Shown piece after piece: positions 50,041 to 60,122 of a DNA stretch of 64,000 bases. The notes below the pieces were generated by a model that was not told the DNA's origin, did no database searches, and was given only the letters and a program-made list of their open reading frames with translations. The translations under genes were made by a program, and so were the position numbers. The stretch's first letter is position 1. Every line of letters begins with the position of its first letter. The stretch lies in assembly GCA_963845065.1 (NCBI GenBank), contig CAWJQQ010000006.1, forward strand, positions 160,001-224,000, read 5' to 3'. Origin of the DNA: Nitrospirota bacterium (GTDB lineage: Bacteria > Nitrospirota > UBA9217).

Positions 50041-51717
50041 CTGACCACTCCCCATAGTTAAAACTAGGGGTTCTGACGGCAATGCCGACAGTCTCTCTGG
50101 CAACAACACAAACATTGCCAGCCTCGACTGTCGTTGATTCGTTTTAAACGGGCGAGTTGCTCTGTCTCCAGTCTGCGCTTGTACCACCTTCATCGCTCGC
50201 GCGAGACCGAAGCTGGCCGGATGAATCCGGCCTATCGCCGCTTCATGCTGCACCCTCAACACCGCCCGTTCCAGGAGCAGGTTTGCACCCGGCCAGGCTA
50301 CTAAAGCCTGGCGCGTGTTGAGGACATCGTTCGAAACGTACTTTGCGAGAAATGCGGAATACAGATCTCGCTATGCATCCACACCACATGCGCAAACGTG
50401 TTGCCGCTTTGAGAGGGGCTTCTTTTTAACTTCACCGCAGTGGCATGTCTCTGAAAGTTTCGTGCTTTGGGTAGGGAATTCGATTATCTGGCCGCCAGCG
50501 TTTTCGGCTTTGCGGCGAAGCATCAAAAAAAACATACCCGGAGCGCGTCTTGATACGCTTTTGCCAAATGTTCTTTGAAAGGCTTCGTACGAAAGTTTCT
50601 CGGTTTTGATGTTAGTCCCGAGCTTAAGAATCTCATTGGCAGGCTTTCCATGAGATCGTTTTCTCGTTGCAGCGAGGACCCGCTTAAGCTCTGCCAACAC
50701 AGCCTAGAGCTCGGTATTGAGCGGAGAAAACCCACTGCTTTTTGCCGGAATTGATTGTGCCGTTCTCGTTGTAGTTATCTGGATTAGTGGCTCTAAGACT
50801 TCTGTCTATCTTGCGCTGCACAACCCTGATTTGTTTGTACGGAACCTCGACTTCCGGGCAGAATTCAACGAGCCGGGCATCGGTATCGCCAACGATAGCG
50901 CCTGTGGATGGGCCGATGTCTAAACCAACAGTCTCGGTGCCGATCTGGTTCTCTCGCTTGACCTTAGCCGTGCCCTTCAGTACGAGTTGGGCAAACCAGC
51001 GGGGGTTGCCGCGGATCGTCTTCTTGACTAGCCGGACATATTTGACTTCATGGCTAAGCGTGTGAGCCTGGACACCGAACTTATCCTTGTGATCGAAGAG
51101 ACAGCTGAGGTTAAGTCCAGACCACTCGATATGATCATCGCACCACCGTATTCCGGATGCGTTGTTTTTGCCTTCAACGGACGATATCCAGCCACGGCAT
51201 TTAAACCGGGGCTTGCCATGCTTACCAAACTCGTAGTCGGTTACGGCCTGAAACGCTCGGGTTGCTATCTTCTGGGCAGTCAGGCTATCGATATGGTCGC
51301 CGCGATCCAGCATGCGTTTCTAAACCGACCGACGTACTCATGGAGGCTGTATTCGGTATGGTTGGCTTGGTTTCTGGCTGCCTTAAACATCTTGGTGCGC
51401 AGCTTGCTTTTCTTCTTTCTAATCGCAGTGCGCCATTTTTCAGACTGACGTATTGCAGCAAGACGTTTCAGCGCTTCGCCAAGGCAGGCATTATACAGAT
51501 GGCGGCCAGCCTCGAGCCGAATAGCAAGCATTCGGTTGTCTTTGTGGGTAGCTACGAGTTGAAACTCATGGATGGAAGAGGGGGTTTTTAATTTATCACA
51601 TGGCATTGTTATGTTAGATATACCATTTAGATGAACATTTGTCTAGCAATTGTCGGGAAGTTAAGTTCCCGCATTCATCCCCATGGTTAAAACCAGGGGC
51701 TTTCTGCGGATGGTTTG
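50041..51717 (-). mobile_element. Non-autonomous IS200/IS605-family element (tnpB only) with IS608-like ends
   Basis: LE: TTAC|CAAACCATCCGCAG-AAAG-CCCCTGGTTTTAACCATGGGG; RE: GAACCCCTAGTTTTAACTATGGGGAGTGG-TCAG|; no tnpA between the ends. Confidence 0.9.
50262..51606 (-). pseudogene. tnpB: TnpB RNA-guided nuclease, disrupted (2 frameshifts and 1 nonsense codon)
   Basis: Fragments 51606-51280, 51313-50684 and 50700-50371 carry LYNACL, GKPRFK, RuvC-I GLDIGP, RuvC-II IKTEKL, a CxC...CxC Zn finger, and DA*RDLYSAFLA (TAG in place of Q before RuvC-III D). The frame continues into the right end. Confidence 0.9.
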
Positions 51718-51822
51718 GTAAGCCCGACATGCTTTCTAGATATTTCTCATTTTGTTTACATATCTCCAAGATCTTTCTTTTTCCTAAGGGAGTAAAAGTC
51801 TTTTTTTGTATGACAGAGGCCA

Positions 51823-52611
51823 TTAAAGAGTTTTCAAATTCCCAGTCACAAACTTCCGGACCCGTTCGATAGCCTCCCGTATTTCAACGTTCTCCGGTAG
51901 CACTGCGGCCATCTTATCAATATATCTCCGCTCCTGGACCATTTTCAGTGATCTGGTGAAATTGAGGTCGTAAAGCCAGGTAAGTTGGAGCAGTTTAAAA
52001 TCGTTCAGGGTCTTAAGCTCCGACTTAAAGGCCATCCTTCCCTGATGCAGACAGGCAAGGACCGTCGGCGAATAGTCCGGTGCATCTGGTAGGCCGAGCG
52101 TAACGGCCGTAGCCCTGCTCTCCACGTCCTGTTCGTAATATTCTATTAACACTCGCCAGATATCGAGCTTATCAGCATCTCGGGCAATGTGGACAAACAA
52201 ACGCGTCCTTTGGTCCAGTGAGTCGGGGAGCGCAAAAACGTTGTGCAGAGTCACGGCGTGGATAATAAGGTTTTGTTCCTGTTCTGGCAGACCCCGGAGC
52301 ACGTCCTGTTCCAGCAATACCTTGGCTCCAAGTACCGCATGGTTCGCCGAGATATCGTCATCGAATGTCTTATATTGCTGGTATTGTAGAAACCTTCCCA
52401 CATCGTGGCATAGGGCAATCGCTTCGGCTAGAAGCATGTCTTGATTGTTCAACTGCAAACTGCGGCCGATACGCAAGGCATTCAGGCAAACATGGTATGT
52501 ATGGTCTTTCTTAATTGCAAAGTTCCGCTCGTCTTCCACTACATGCGTGGAAAAGTGAACGCAGTATTTGGCAAACCAGTCTTTTAATAATATAAGGTCT
52601 TTTTGATTCAT
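51823..52611 (-). CDS. HD-domain phosphohydrolase
   Basis: KKDHT, LCHDVGRF, NHA, HN, RDADKLD. Confidence 0.85.
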   Translation of the reverse strand: MNQKDLILLKDWFAKYCVHFSTHVVEDERNFAIKKDHTYHVCLNALRIGRSLQLNNQDMLLAEAIALCHDVGRFLQYQQYKTFDDDISANHAVLGAKVLLEQDVLRGLPEQEQNLIIHAVTLHNVFALPDSLDQRTRLFVHIARDADKLDIWRVLIEYYEQDVESRATAVTLGLPDAPDYSPTVLACLHQGRMAFKSELKTLNDFKLLQLTWLYDLNFTRSLKMVQERRYIDKMAAVLPENVEIREAIERVRKFVTGNLKTL

Positions 52612-52815
52612 TGACGCCTATCTCTGCAAGTTCGTGATTTTACAGCAATGACCTGTATGAGTCAATAACATCTTCTCTTGTTTTTTTATTTCTTTCTCTA
52701 AGGTATGCTAAACTAAGCAACTTCCCGTGATATTTTCGTCTTTTTTCTTCGCCTCATGTTATACAAAATCTGGCTTGTGGGCACGGAATGACTATTTTGG
52801 AAGAGGACTTCGATA

Positions 52816-53025
52816 ATATTCATCCGTGAATTACATAACTGTGAAGAATTCATTGCAGTGATAGCTGTGCGGTTGCGTGAGATATTTCACCCAAACAAAA
52901 TCGACCTCGCCTTGACAAACAGCCTGGCCCATGCGGTCGTGAAGCGGGGCAATACAACTTGGGCGCACCGGCTAAGAACGTCAGAAGTCTATTACATATT
53001 TGAAGGTAAATCCTCAAAATACTAA
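52816..53025 (+). pseudogene. Truncated cupin-domain gene remnant
   Basis: Manual translation from ATA 52816 (after a GAGG RBS): IFIRELHNCEEFIA...LREIFHPNKIDLALTNSLAHAVVKRGNTTWAHRLRTSEVYYIFEGK then stop; cupin motif 1 present, motif 2 missing. Confidence 0.65.
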
Positions 53026-53151
53026 CAAGTTTAATCAACAACCTCAAGCGTTTCAGACTTGCTTTCCTAAAAAACTATTTGCCATTAATTTTTGCATGAG
53101 TTATTATATAAAGATGTATTTAAAATCATATTTCTCCATAAAGGTTAAAGA

Positions 53152-55017
53152 ATGCTCCAAGTCACGAACATAGAAAAATCCTATGGAAAGCAGGTTCTCT
53201 TCGAAGGCGTCAGCTTTACCGTAAACCCCCGCGAGCGCGTGGGGCTCGTAGGCAGGAACGGCCACGGTAAGTCAACGCTCTTCCGCATGATCTTAGGCGA
53301 AGAGCATCAAGACTCGGGTACGATCACTGTGCCTTCAGGGTACACCATAAGCCACCTCTCTCAGCACATCCATTTTACTGAGGACTCGGTGATCAAAGAG
53401 GCATGCCTTGCCCTGCCAATAAACGAAGACCACATTGACGAGACGTATAAAGCTGAAGCGATTCTGCACGGTCTCGGGTTCACCAATTCGGAATTCGATT
53501 GCCATCCCTCGTCGCTTTCTGGCGGATACCAGGTCCGCCTGAACCTTGCAAAAGTACTCGTGTCCGAACCAAACCTCCTGCTGCTTGACGAGCCAACGAA
53601 TTATCTCGACATCGTTTCGGTTCGCTGGCTAACCCAGTTCTTGCGCGCCTGGCGGAACGAACTCATTATCATCACCCACGACCGGGACTTCATGGACAGC
53701 GTCACGACCCATACCATGATCATTCACCGCTGCAAAATGCGGAAGGTCTCGGGCGGAACGCAGAAACTCTACGACCAGATCCTGATGGAAGAAGAAATCT
53801 ACGAAAAGACACGCCAGAACGATGAAAAAAAGCGCAAAGAAATTGAACAGTTTATCAACCGCTTTCGTGCGCAAGCGACCAAGGCCAGCGCAGTCCAGTC
53901 CCGCATTAAATCGCTTGCGAAGCATGAGAAACTTGACAAGCTTGACGCGATTAAATCGCTCGACTTCAAGTTCCGGTCGGCTCCCTTCGAGGCCAAGTGG
54001 CTCATGACCGTTGAAGACCTGTCCTTTGGTTTCTCTCAGGATGGTCTTCAGTTGATTGACGGGCTTTCCTTTGCTGTCGGCAAGAAGGACCGCATTGCAG
54101 TGATCGGGAAGAACGGCAAAGGCAAGACCACGTTGCTCAACCTACTTGCAAAAGAGCTGTCTCCGACCTTAGGTGAAGTGAAGATCCACCCGAATACAAA
54201 AATCGCTTATTTCGGCCAAACCAACATCAATCGCCTTCGTCCGGCCAAAACCGCGCTCCAGGAGGTCATGGAAGCACATCCTGATTGCGGTCAGGGCGAA
54301 GCCCGCGCGATCTGCGGCCTTATGATGTTCGAGGGAGACAACGCACTCAAAAAAGTGAGCGTGCTCTCGGGCGGCGAGAAAAGCCGCGTGCTTTTGGGCA
54401 AGCTTCTGGTCTCACCGGCCAACCTGCTGATGCTCGATGAGCCTACGAACCACCTGGACATGGAGTCCATTGATTCGTTGATCGAGGCCATTGAAGCCTT
54501 TGATGGAGCGGTCATCATCGTGACCCATAGCGAATTGATCCTTGAAGCCGTAGCAACCAAACTGATCGTTTACGATAATGAAAATGTTTCGCTCTTTGAA
54601 GGAACATACCTCGACTTCCTCGAACGTGTAGGATGGAGCGATGAAGGCGGGGTGCGCGTAACGAAGGGAAAAAAGCGGGAAGATCAAAAGAACACCAACC
54701 AGAAAGATTCGAAGAAGCTGCGCGCCGCCATCGTAACAGACAAATCGAGAATTCTGAATTCGCTCAAATCAAAGATCATGTCCATCGAAGAGGAGATCAT
54801 GAAGCTCGAGCATGGTGTGGAACTCTCGACTCAGGCTCTGCTCGAAGCTTCGGTCAAAGGCAAGGCCCTTGAGATCAAGACGCTGTCGCAATCCATCGAC
54901 AACGCAAAGACGAGGATCGATAAGCTTTTTGCGGAACTCGAGACGGTGACCGCGGAGCATGACGCTAAAGCTTTGGAATACGAACAGCAGTTGAACGAGC
55001 TTGCGCAGATATCGTAA
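53152..55017 (+). CDS. ABC-F family ATPase with C-terminal coiled coil
   Basis: Two NBDs ([40 protein letters not shown]), no TM segments. Confidence 0.93.
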   Translation: MLQVTNIEKSYGKQVLFEGVSFTVNPRERVGLVGRNGHGKSTLFRMILGEEHQDSGTITVPSGYTISHLSQHIHFTEDSVIKEACLALPINEDHIDETYKAEAILHGLGFTNSEFDCHPSSLSGGYQVRLNLAKVLVSEPNLLLLDEPTNYLDIVSVRWLTQFLRAWRNELIIITHDRDFMDSVTTHTMIIHRCKMRKVSGGTQKLYDQILMEEEIYEKTRQNDEKKRKEIEQFINRFRAQATKASAVQSRIKSLAKHEKLDKLDAIKSLDFKFRSAPFEAKWLMTVEDLSFGFSQDGLQLIDGLSFAVGKKDRIAVIGKNGKGKTTLLNLLAKELSPTLGEVKIHPNTKIAYFGQTNINRLRPAKTALQEVMEAHPDCGQGEARAICGLMMFEGDNALKKVSVLSGGEKSRVLLGKLLVSPANLLMLDEPTNHLDMESIDSLIEAIEAFDGAVIIVTHSELILEAVATKLIVYDNENVSLFEGTYLDFLERVGWSDEGGVRVTKGKKREDQKNTNQKDSKKLRAAIVTDKSRILNSLKSKIMSIEEEIMKLEHGVELSTQALLEASVKGKALEIKTLSQSIDNAKTRIDKLFAELETVTAEHDAKALEYEQQLNELAQIS

Positions 55018-55114
55018 ATATATTAGAGAAGCAACAGGAGAGAGCCTGATCGCCGAATACTGTGCAATCGTTCATCCGGTGCTCCTGACTAAAATATAAT
55101 TCAAGGATCAATTC

Positions 55115-57088
55115 ATGAAAAAGTTTAACCGTTTTCTCCTCTATTTCTTGAAAGACGCCAAGCTTTGGTTGTTCTTCATGGTGTATCTATCGTTGTTCAG
55201 GATCTCGTTTATTTTCTATTTCCGGAACAAGATACAGCCGGACACCAATTTCTCAGATATTGTTTTTTCTGTGTTGAACGGCATCAGATTTGACTCCATG
55301 GTATCTACCTGCTGGTTCAGCGTCCCCTTTCTGGCAAGTATTCTGCTGGTATTTTTTGATGCTGACCGGATCGCCGACCGCATACGCACTGTCATCGGCG
55401 CAGTTTTCATTATGGTTACTACAATCGCTTGGGTGGTGACGTTCGGCTATTTTAAAGAATATAATGATCAGTTCAATTACGTGCTCTTCAACCTGTACTA
55501 TGATGACACCGCGGCTATCTTTAAGACGATCTGGGCGGACTATCATCCCCTGTTCTATCTTTTAATTATCGGCGGTGCTTCCACATTGGCGATTGTTCTC
55601 CAAAGAAGGTTCATCCAGCGGCACTTTATTTCACCGGATAAGGTAACGGAACGCAAGTTTACGCTCCTCTCCGGCATTACTACTGCGCTCGTTATCATGG
55701 CCCTAATCGTTACGGCTGCACGAGGTTCCATTGGTCTCCGTCCGGCGCAGCGCAAGGACATCGCAGTTGACAAGGATACGTTTCTGAACCAATCTGTCAT
55801 GAACCCCTATTTTTCTCTTCTTTTTGCCGTTGAGGACCACCGGGATGCAGCAGGCAATACCGGGTTGGAAGCTTATCTGCCGGACGGCAATGTCCGAAAG
55901 GCAGCGCAGGAGCTTTTCCACACGAATCAATCTTATAACAATCTCGATTCCTATTTCATCAAGCATGCCCATGGACCCAAAGGCATCCCGCCACGCCACA
56001 TTTTCCTCGTAGTCATGGAAAGCTATGATGAGTGGCCGTTTCTTAAAAAGTATGCATCTTTGGGCGTAACGCAAAATCTGAAAGCATTGGCTCAGAAAGG
56101 CCTCTATTTCGATAAGTTTCTGCCAGCTTCAGGCGGGACTATGCAGTCGCTCAGCTCGATCATTTCAGGTTTTCCCTATACCCTTGTGGAGATCAATTAT
56201 CAGGTGACGGCTCACAAACCTTATCCCTCATCCATAGCGGAAACCTTTAAACGCCTCGGGTACCGGACCCGCCTGTTTTACGGCGGCTATCTGAGTTGGC
56301 AACGCTTCGGCGATTTTGCCCATGATCAGGGATTCGAGGAAATTTACGGTGCTCCGCATATGTTGAAGTCTGGCGTTACTCCCCACGAGTGGGGCGTGGA
56401 CGATGAATATCTTGTTGACTTTATTGTCAACAAAGTAAATGACGACAAACCGAGCTTCAACCTCATCATGACGACAAGCTATCATCCGCCGTACAATGTC
56501 GATGTATATGCCAAGGGTTTTCCACTGAAAAAAGTACCAGACGATATCGAGCCCCTCTTTGACGGCACGACGAGCCTCACCATGTTTGGCCACCTGTGGT
56601 ATGCGGACAAGTGTCTCGGCGATCTCGTACAGAGGCTCGAAGCAAAACTTTCGCGTCCTCTATTCGCGTTTACAGGAGATCATTTCGGTCGCAGGTTCAT
56701 TAATGCGAGGCCAAATTTTTTTGAACGCTCCGGTGTTCCCTTTATTCTGTACGGTAAGGATGTTCTCCGAGGCGTCAAGATTCCTCAAGGCGCCGTCGGC
56801 GCTCACCTAGACATCCCGTCCACGCTCATCGAACTCGCCGCGCCCAAGGGATTCGAGTATTATTCGATGGGACAAGACCTCCTGGCGCCGCGAAAAGAAT
56901 ATCTTGGCATCGGTTTTTTCAGAGTCATCGGCAAGGATTTCCTGCTTGACGTTGCAGAGTCCAAGTTTTGTCCTCTTCCCGGTAAAAAACTGCCGAATAA
57001 GCTGCCGGATATGGAGGTACTAAAGACAAGATTCAATCGCACATACGGGGTCGGGTGGTGGCGGGTGAGAAAGGGTGAGAAGCTGTAA
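55115..57088 (+). CDS. LTA synthase/sulfatase family membrane protein (LtaS/OpgB-like)
   Basis: About 5 N-terminal TM helices; VVMES, GGT (catalytic Thr position), WGVDD, SYHPPY, YAD, GDH. Confidence 0.85.
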   Translation: MKKFNRFLLYFLKDAKLWLFFMVYLSLFRISFIFYFRNKIQPDTNFSDIVFSVLNGIRFDSMVSTCWFSVPFLASILLVFFDADRIADRIRTVIGAVFIMVTTIAWVVTFGYFKEYNDQFNYVLFNLYYDDTAAIFKTIWADYHPLFYLLIIGGASTLAIVLQRRFIQRHFISPDKVTERKFTLLSGITTALVIMALIVTAARGSIGLRPAQRKDIAVDKDTFLNQSVMNPYFSLLFAVEDHRDAAGNTGLEAYLPDGNVRKAAQELFHTNQSYNNLDSYFIKHAHGPKGIPPRHIFLVVMESYDEWPFLKKYASLGVTQNLKALAQKGLYFDKFLPASGGTMQSLSSIISGFPYTLVEINYQVTAHKPYPSSIAETFKRLGYRTRLFYGGYLSWQRFGDFAHDQGFEEIYGAPHMLKSGVTPHEWGVDDEYLVDFIVNKVNDDKPSFNLIMTTSYHPPYNVDVYAKGFPLKKVPDDIEPLFDGTTSLTMFGHLWYADKCLGDLVQRLEAKLSRPLFAFTGDHFGRRFINARPNFFERSGVPFILYGKDVLRGVKIPQGAVGAHLDIPSTLIELAAPKGFEYYSMGQDLLAPRKEYLGIGFFRVIGKDFLLDVAESKFCPLPGKKLPNKLPDMEVLKTRFNRTYGVGWWRVRKGEKL

Positions 57089-57116
57089 TTTTTCCCTACT
57101 CATGGGGCTGGGGAAC

Positions 57117-57147
57117 TAAGCCCGAACCAAATAGTTCGGGGCTTTTC
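57117..57147. terminator. Hairpin between convergent genes (probable terminator)
   Basis: AAGCCCGAAC-CAAATA-GTTCGGGGCTTTT. Confidence 0.6.
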
Positions 57148-57160
57148 CATGTTGGCTTCG

Positions 57161-57691
57161 TTACTTCAGCAAGGACAGCTGCTTAATCGTCTGTTTAATC
57201 TCATCTGCGTCTGGTGCATTAGGCATGATCTCGAGATATTTCTGAAACTCTTTGACCGCATCCTTGGGCTGGTGCACATCGTTCGCCAGGACGACGGCAA
57301 GGTTGCGGTGCCCATTCGGAAAGTTCGGGTCGATCTTGAGTGCCTTCCGGTACTCATCAATTGCCTTGTCGAACTTTCTCACACCTCGGTAGCAGGTCCC
57401 TAAATCAACGCGCACGCTCACGTTCTTCGGATCTAAGGCAAGCGCTTTCTGATACGCTTCGATAGCCTCACTATAGTGCTGGGTATCCATAAGGGCATTC
57501 CCATAATTGACCCAAACGTCTTTGCTCTTGGGCGACATCTTCACCGCCTGCTCGAGCTCGTTCAATTCCAAGGGCGAAGGCCCGGTCTGCGGCATATAGG
57601 ACGTCTGGCTTTTTTCTTCCTTCTGCTGTTGACATCCTAAGATACTGAACAGCAAAACCAGTACAGTCATAATACTAGCTATGTTCTTCAT
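57161..57691 (-). CDS. TPR-repeat lipoprotein
   Basis: Lipobox ILG|C; TPRs YGNAL..EAIEAYQKALALDP and LGTCY..KAIDEYRKALKIDP. Confidence 0.85.
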   Translation of the reverse strand: MKNIASIMTVLVLLFSILGCQQQKEEKSQTSYMPQTGPSPLELNELEQAVKMSPKSKDVWVNYGNALMDTQHYSEAIEAYQKALALDPKNVSVRVDLGTCYRGVRKFDKAIDEYRKALKIDPNFPNGHRNLAVVLANDVHQPKDAVKEFQKYLEIMPNAPDADEIKQTIKQLSLLK

Positions 57692-57774
57692 GGTTCCTCC
57701 TGTGATAATTTGGCGTTCAAAGCGGCCCTTTTAATCTCCCAGACACTTCTAGCTGGCTCGCCAAACCACTTCCT

Positions 57775-58098
57775 TCACTGTTGCCCTTTAATGTATGAGC
57801 AGCAATAGTCTGTCAGCCTCTTTACGTTCAATTTAAACTTTGAATTAGCTGCAACCTCGAAGGACTGCCCACCCTTAATGGGCTTCCAGATAGTCTCTCC
57901 GGGCAGGAGCACATCAAGTTCACCAGACAATATTTCCATGAGTTCCTTCTCCGCAGTGCCAAACTCAAATTCTCCAGGCAGCATAATACCGAGTGTTTTC
58001 TTGGCCCCGTCAATAAACAGAACGGTCCTGCTTGTCACTTTGCCCTCAAAATAAACGTTTGCCTCACGCACCACCGTGACCCCCCTAAATTCGGTCAT
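57775..58098 (-). CDS. ppnP: Pyrimidine/purine nucleoside phosphorylase (DUF1255)
   Basis: Start ATG 58098; [37 protein letters not shown]. Confidence 0.9.
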   Translation of the reverse strand: MTEFRGVTVVREANVYFEGKVTSRTVLFIDGAKKTLGIMLPGEFEFGTAEKELMEILSGELDVLLPGETIWKPIKGGQSFEVAANSKFKLNVKRLTDYCCSYIKGQQ

Positions 58099-58439
58099 CG
58101 TACACCCCTTTCCAGATATGGCACATGCGGTCCTTCCGGTTGGATACCGGCACATCTGCACCGTCTTTTTTACACTGTATTGCGGGACAATGTCAATGAC
58201 AAAAATAGAAACTTCATCTAAATCGAAAGCGGCTTTTTGCCTTCGTATCGTCTATGAGTCTGACCGTTATGATAGCCAGATAACTGCATTGGTCCGTTCC
58301 TTGACATTGATATACACTGGAACTACATTTTATATAAGGTTGGTTTGAACCCACCAAGTTCAGATTTGCAGAACAGTCATACCAATCATAATAAAGTATT
58401 CATTTTAGCTTATGACAAATGGAAACATTGTGGTTTAAA

Positions 58440-58915
58440 TTCTCACCAGACATGAAGCGGGCCTAGCAGCTGGCGCGGTCGCTGGTTTTAGGCGCCGAAT
58501 GCGCTGCTCGACATAGTCCTATCAGGAAAAGGACCTTTATACCAGCTCGAACAAGCCTGAGCGCTGTATCGGAAAACTTCAGTGTGATTTTGAACAAAGT
58601 GATGCCGGCCATCAGCGATTATTGCAGTGGAAGTGTTCCAATCCTGATTGACCGGTACAAGGAGGCACACCGCATCGTCCTCTACCGCGCCGGCTGAACC
58701 TGAACAGCCCCAGGAACAGGATTGTGATCCTCGTGGAGTTTGGCGTTGTCACTGGATGGTATCAGGGGACACCATTTCGAAATAACGTTCTATGGCTGAT
58801 GAATATATATCTGCCTCGGATTACCTGTGGAATTCATTACTGTAAACATGTTCTACCGGGATTTCGCGCGGTTTCAGACAAAAGTGGCGGACGTGCTAAA
58901 TAAATCCGCTGCAAA
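58440..58915 (+). pseudogene. Heavily decayed type I phosphoribosyltransferase gene
   Basis: Ordered fragments across frames: RHEAG, LDIVL, SAVSENFSVILN, RIVILVEFGVVTG (degenerate VDDGxATG loop), ADEY, FYRDF. Confidence 0.65.
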
Positions 58916-58940
58916 AGGTACATTACACGGAGTTGCTATC

Positions 58941-59927
58941 ATGAGACTACTTATTGTCGGCGATGTTATGCTCGGCAGACTAGTAAATGAAACGTTGAAA
59001 AGTATGCCGCCGACCTATCCCTGGGGCAATACCCTACCACTATTCAGGGCAAGCGACCTACGCATCGGTAATCTTGAATGCGTCCTCTCAGACCGAGGCG
59101 CTCCTTGGGACCGCACCCCGAAGACCTTCCATTTCAGGACCGATGCAAAAAATGGGGAATGTCTTAAATTAGCCGGTTTCAATTTTTTATCCCTTGCTAA
59201 CAATCATACACTTGATTATGAGTATGAGGCACTTTTTGACATGCTTGCTCACCTGGATAAAGCAGGGGTCCACCATGGGGGCGCCGGGTCCGATGTAGCC
59301 CAAGCCTCACTGCCCGTCTTACTTACTGCAGGCGGAACCACGACCGCATTTATCTCGTTTACTGATAACGAACCAGATTGGGAAGCCACTGATCAACGGC
59401 CTGGCATTTACTTCGTTCCTCCTGATCAAGGCGATGAGCGGGCGATGAATCTCTTCGATCTTATCAGTGAGACGAAGACCAAGGCTGATATCGTAATCGT
59501 GTCAGCGCACTGGGGATCAAACTGGGGATACCAACCGGAACCCGAATATCCTCCTTTCGCGCGAAAGCTCATCGATAGCGGAGCGGACATTGTGCTTGGT
59601 CACTCATGTCACGTTTTTCGGGGGATAGAAATCTATAGAGATCGGCTGATCCTGTACAGTACCGGCGATTTCGTTGATGATTATGAAATTGATGAAATTG
59701 AGAGAAATGATGAATCATTTATCTTCGTCGTTCAAACTGACGGCAACCGCATTACCGGTCTCACGCTTCATCCTACAGTGATCAGCCATATGCAGGCTCG
59801 GCTAGCGAGTCCCCGCAATGCAGTTATTATTGCCAACCGAATGCAAATGCTGTGTGATCGGCTTGGAACTCAGTCGCGCTGGAATGAAGAGAAGCGATGT
59901 CTGGAGGTTTTGTTGAAAAAGGAATAG
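58941..59927 (+). CDS. CapA (poly-gamma-glutamate synthesis protein) family metallophosphoesterase
   Basis: Start ATG 58941: VGDVMLGR, GNLEC, LANNHTLDY, SAHWG, GHSCH, YSTGDF. Confidence 0.9.
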   Translation: MRLLIVGDVMLGRLVNETLKSMPPTYPWGNTLPLFRASDLRIGNLECVLSDRGAPWDRTPKTFHFRTDAKNGECLKLAGFNFLSLANNHTLDYEYEALFDMLAHLDKAGVHHGGAGSDVAQASLPVLLTAGGTTTAFISFTDNEPDWEATDQRPGIYFVPPDQGDERAMNLFDLISETKTKADIVIVSAHWGSNWGYQPEPEYPPFARKLIDSGADIVLGHSCHVFRGIEIYRDRLILYSTGDFVDDYEIDEIERNDESFIFVVQTDGNRITGLTLHPTVISHMQARLASPRNAVIIANRMQMLCDRLGTQSRWNEEKRCLEVLLKKE

Positions 59928-60122
59928 CAGTAGTAAATCGTGGAAGGAAGATGAAAGTAACCAAAGATAGCACGGGTTAAATCAAAAAAAATAATAAAAA
60001 TATCACTCATTGAATGCCTGGAGATTTCCGTGATAATCAGTGTCAATCCACGGCTAACCTCCGTGGGAAATGGAGTGCCTTCCAGGTTTAACCGTGTTCA
60101 TCCTTGGTTACATAAATTTGTC

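Noticed and set aside
51270..51320. Programmed frameshifting in tnpB
   Set aside because: There are two separate frame breaks plus an in-frame TAG next to the RuvC-III motif and no clear slippery site; decay is the simpler explanation.
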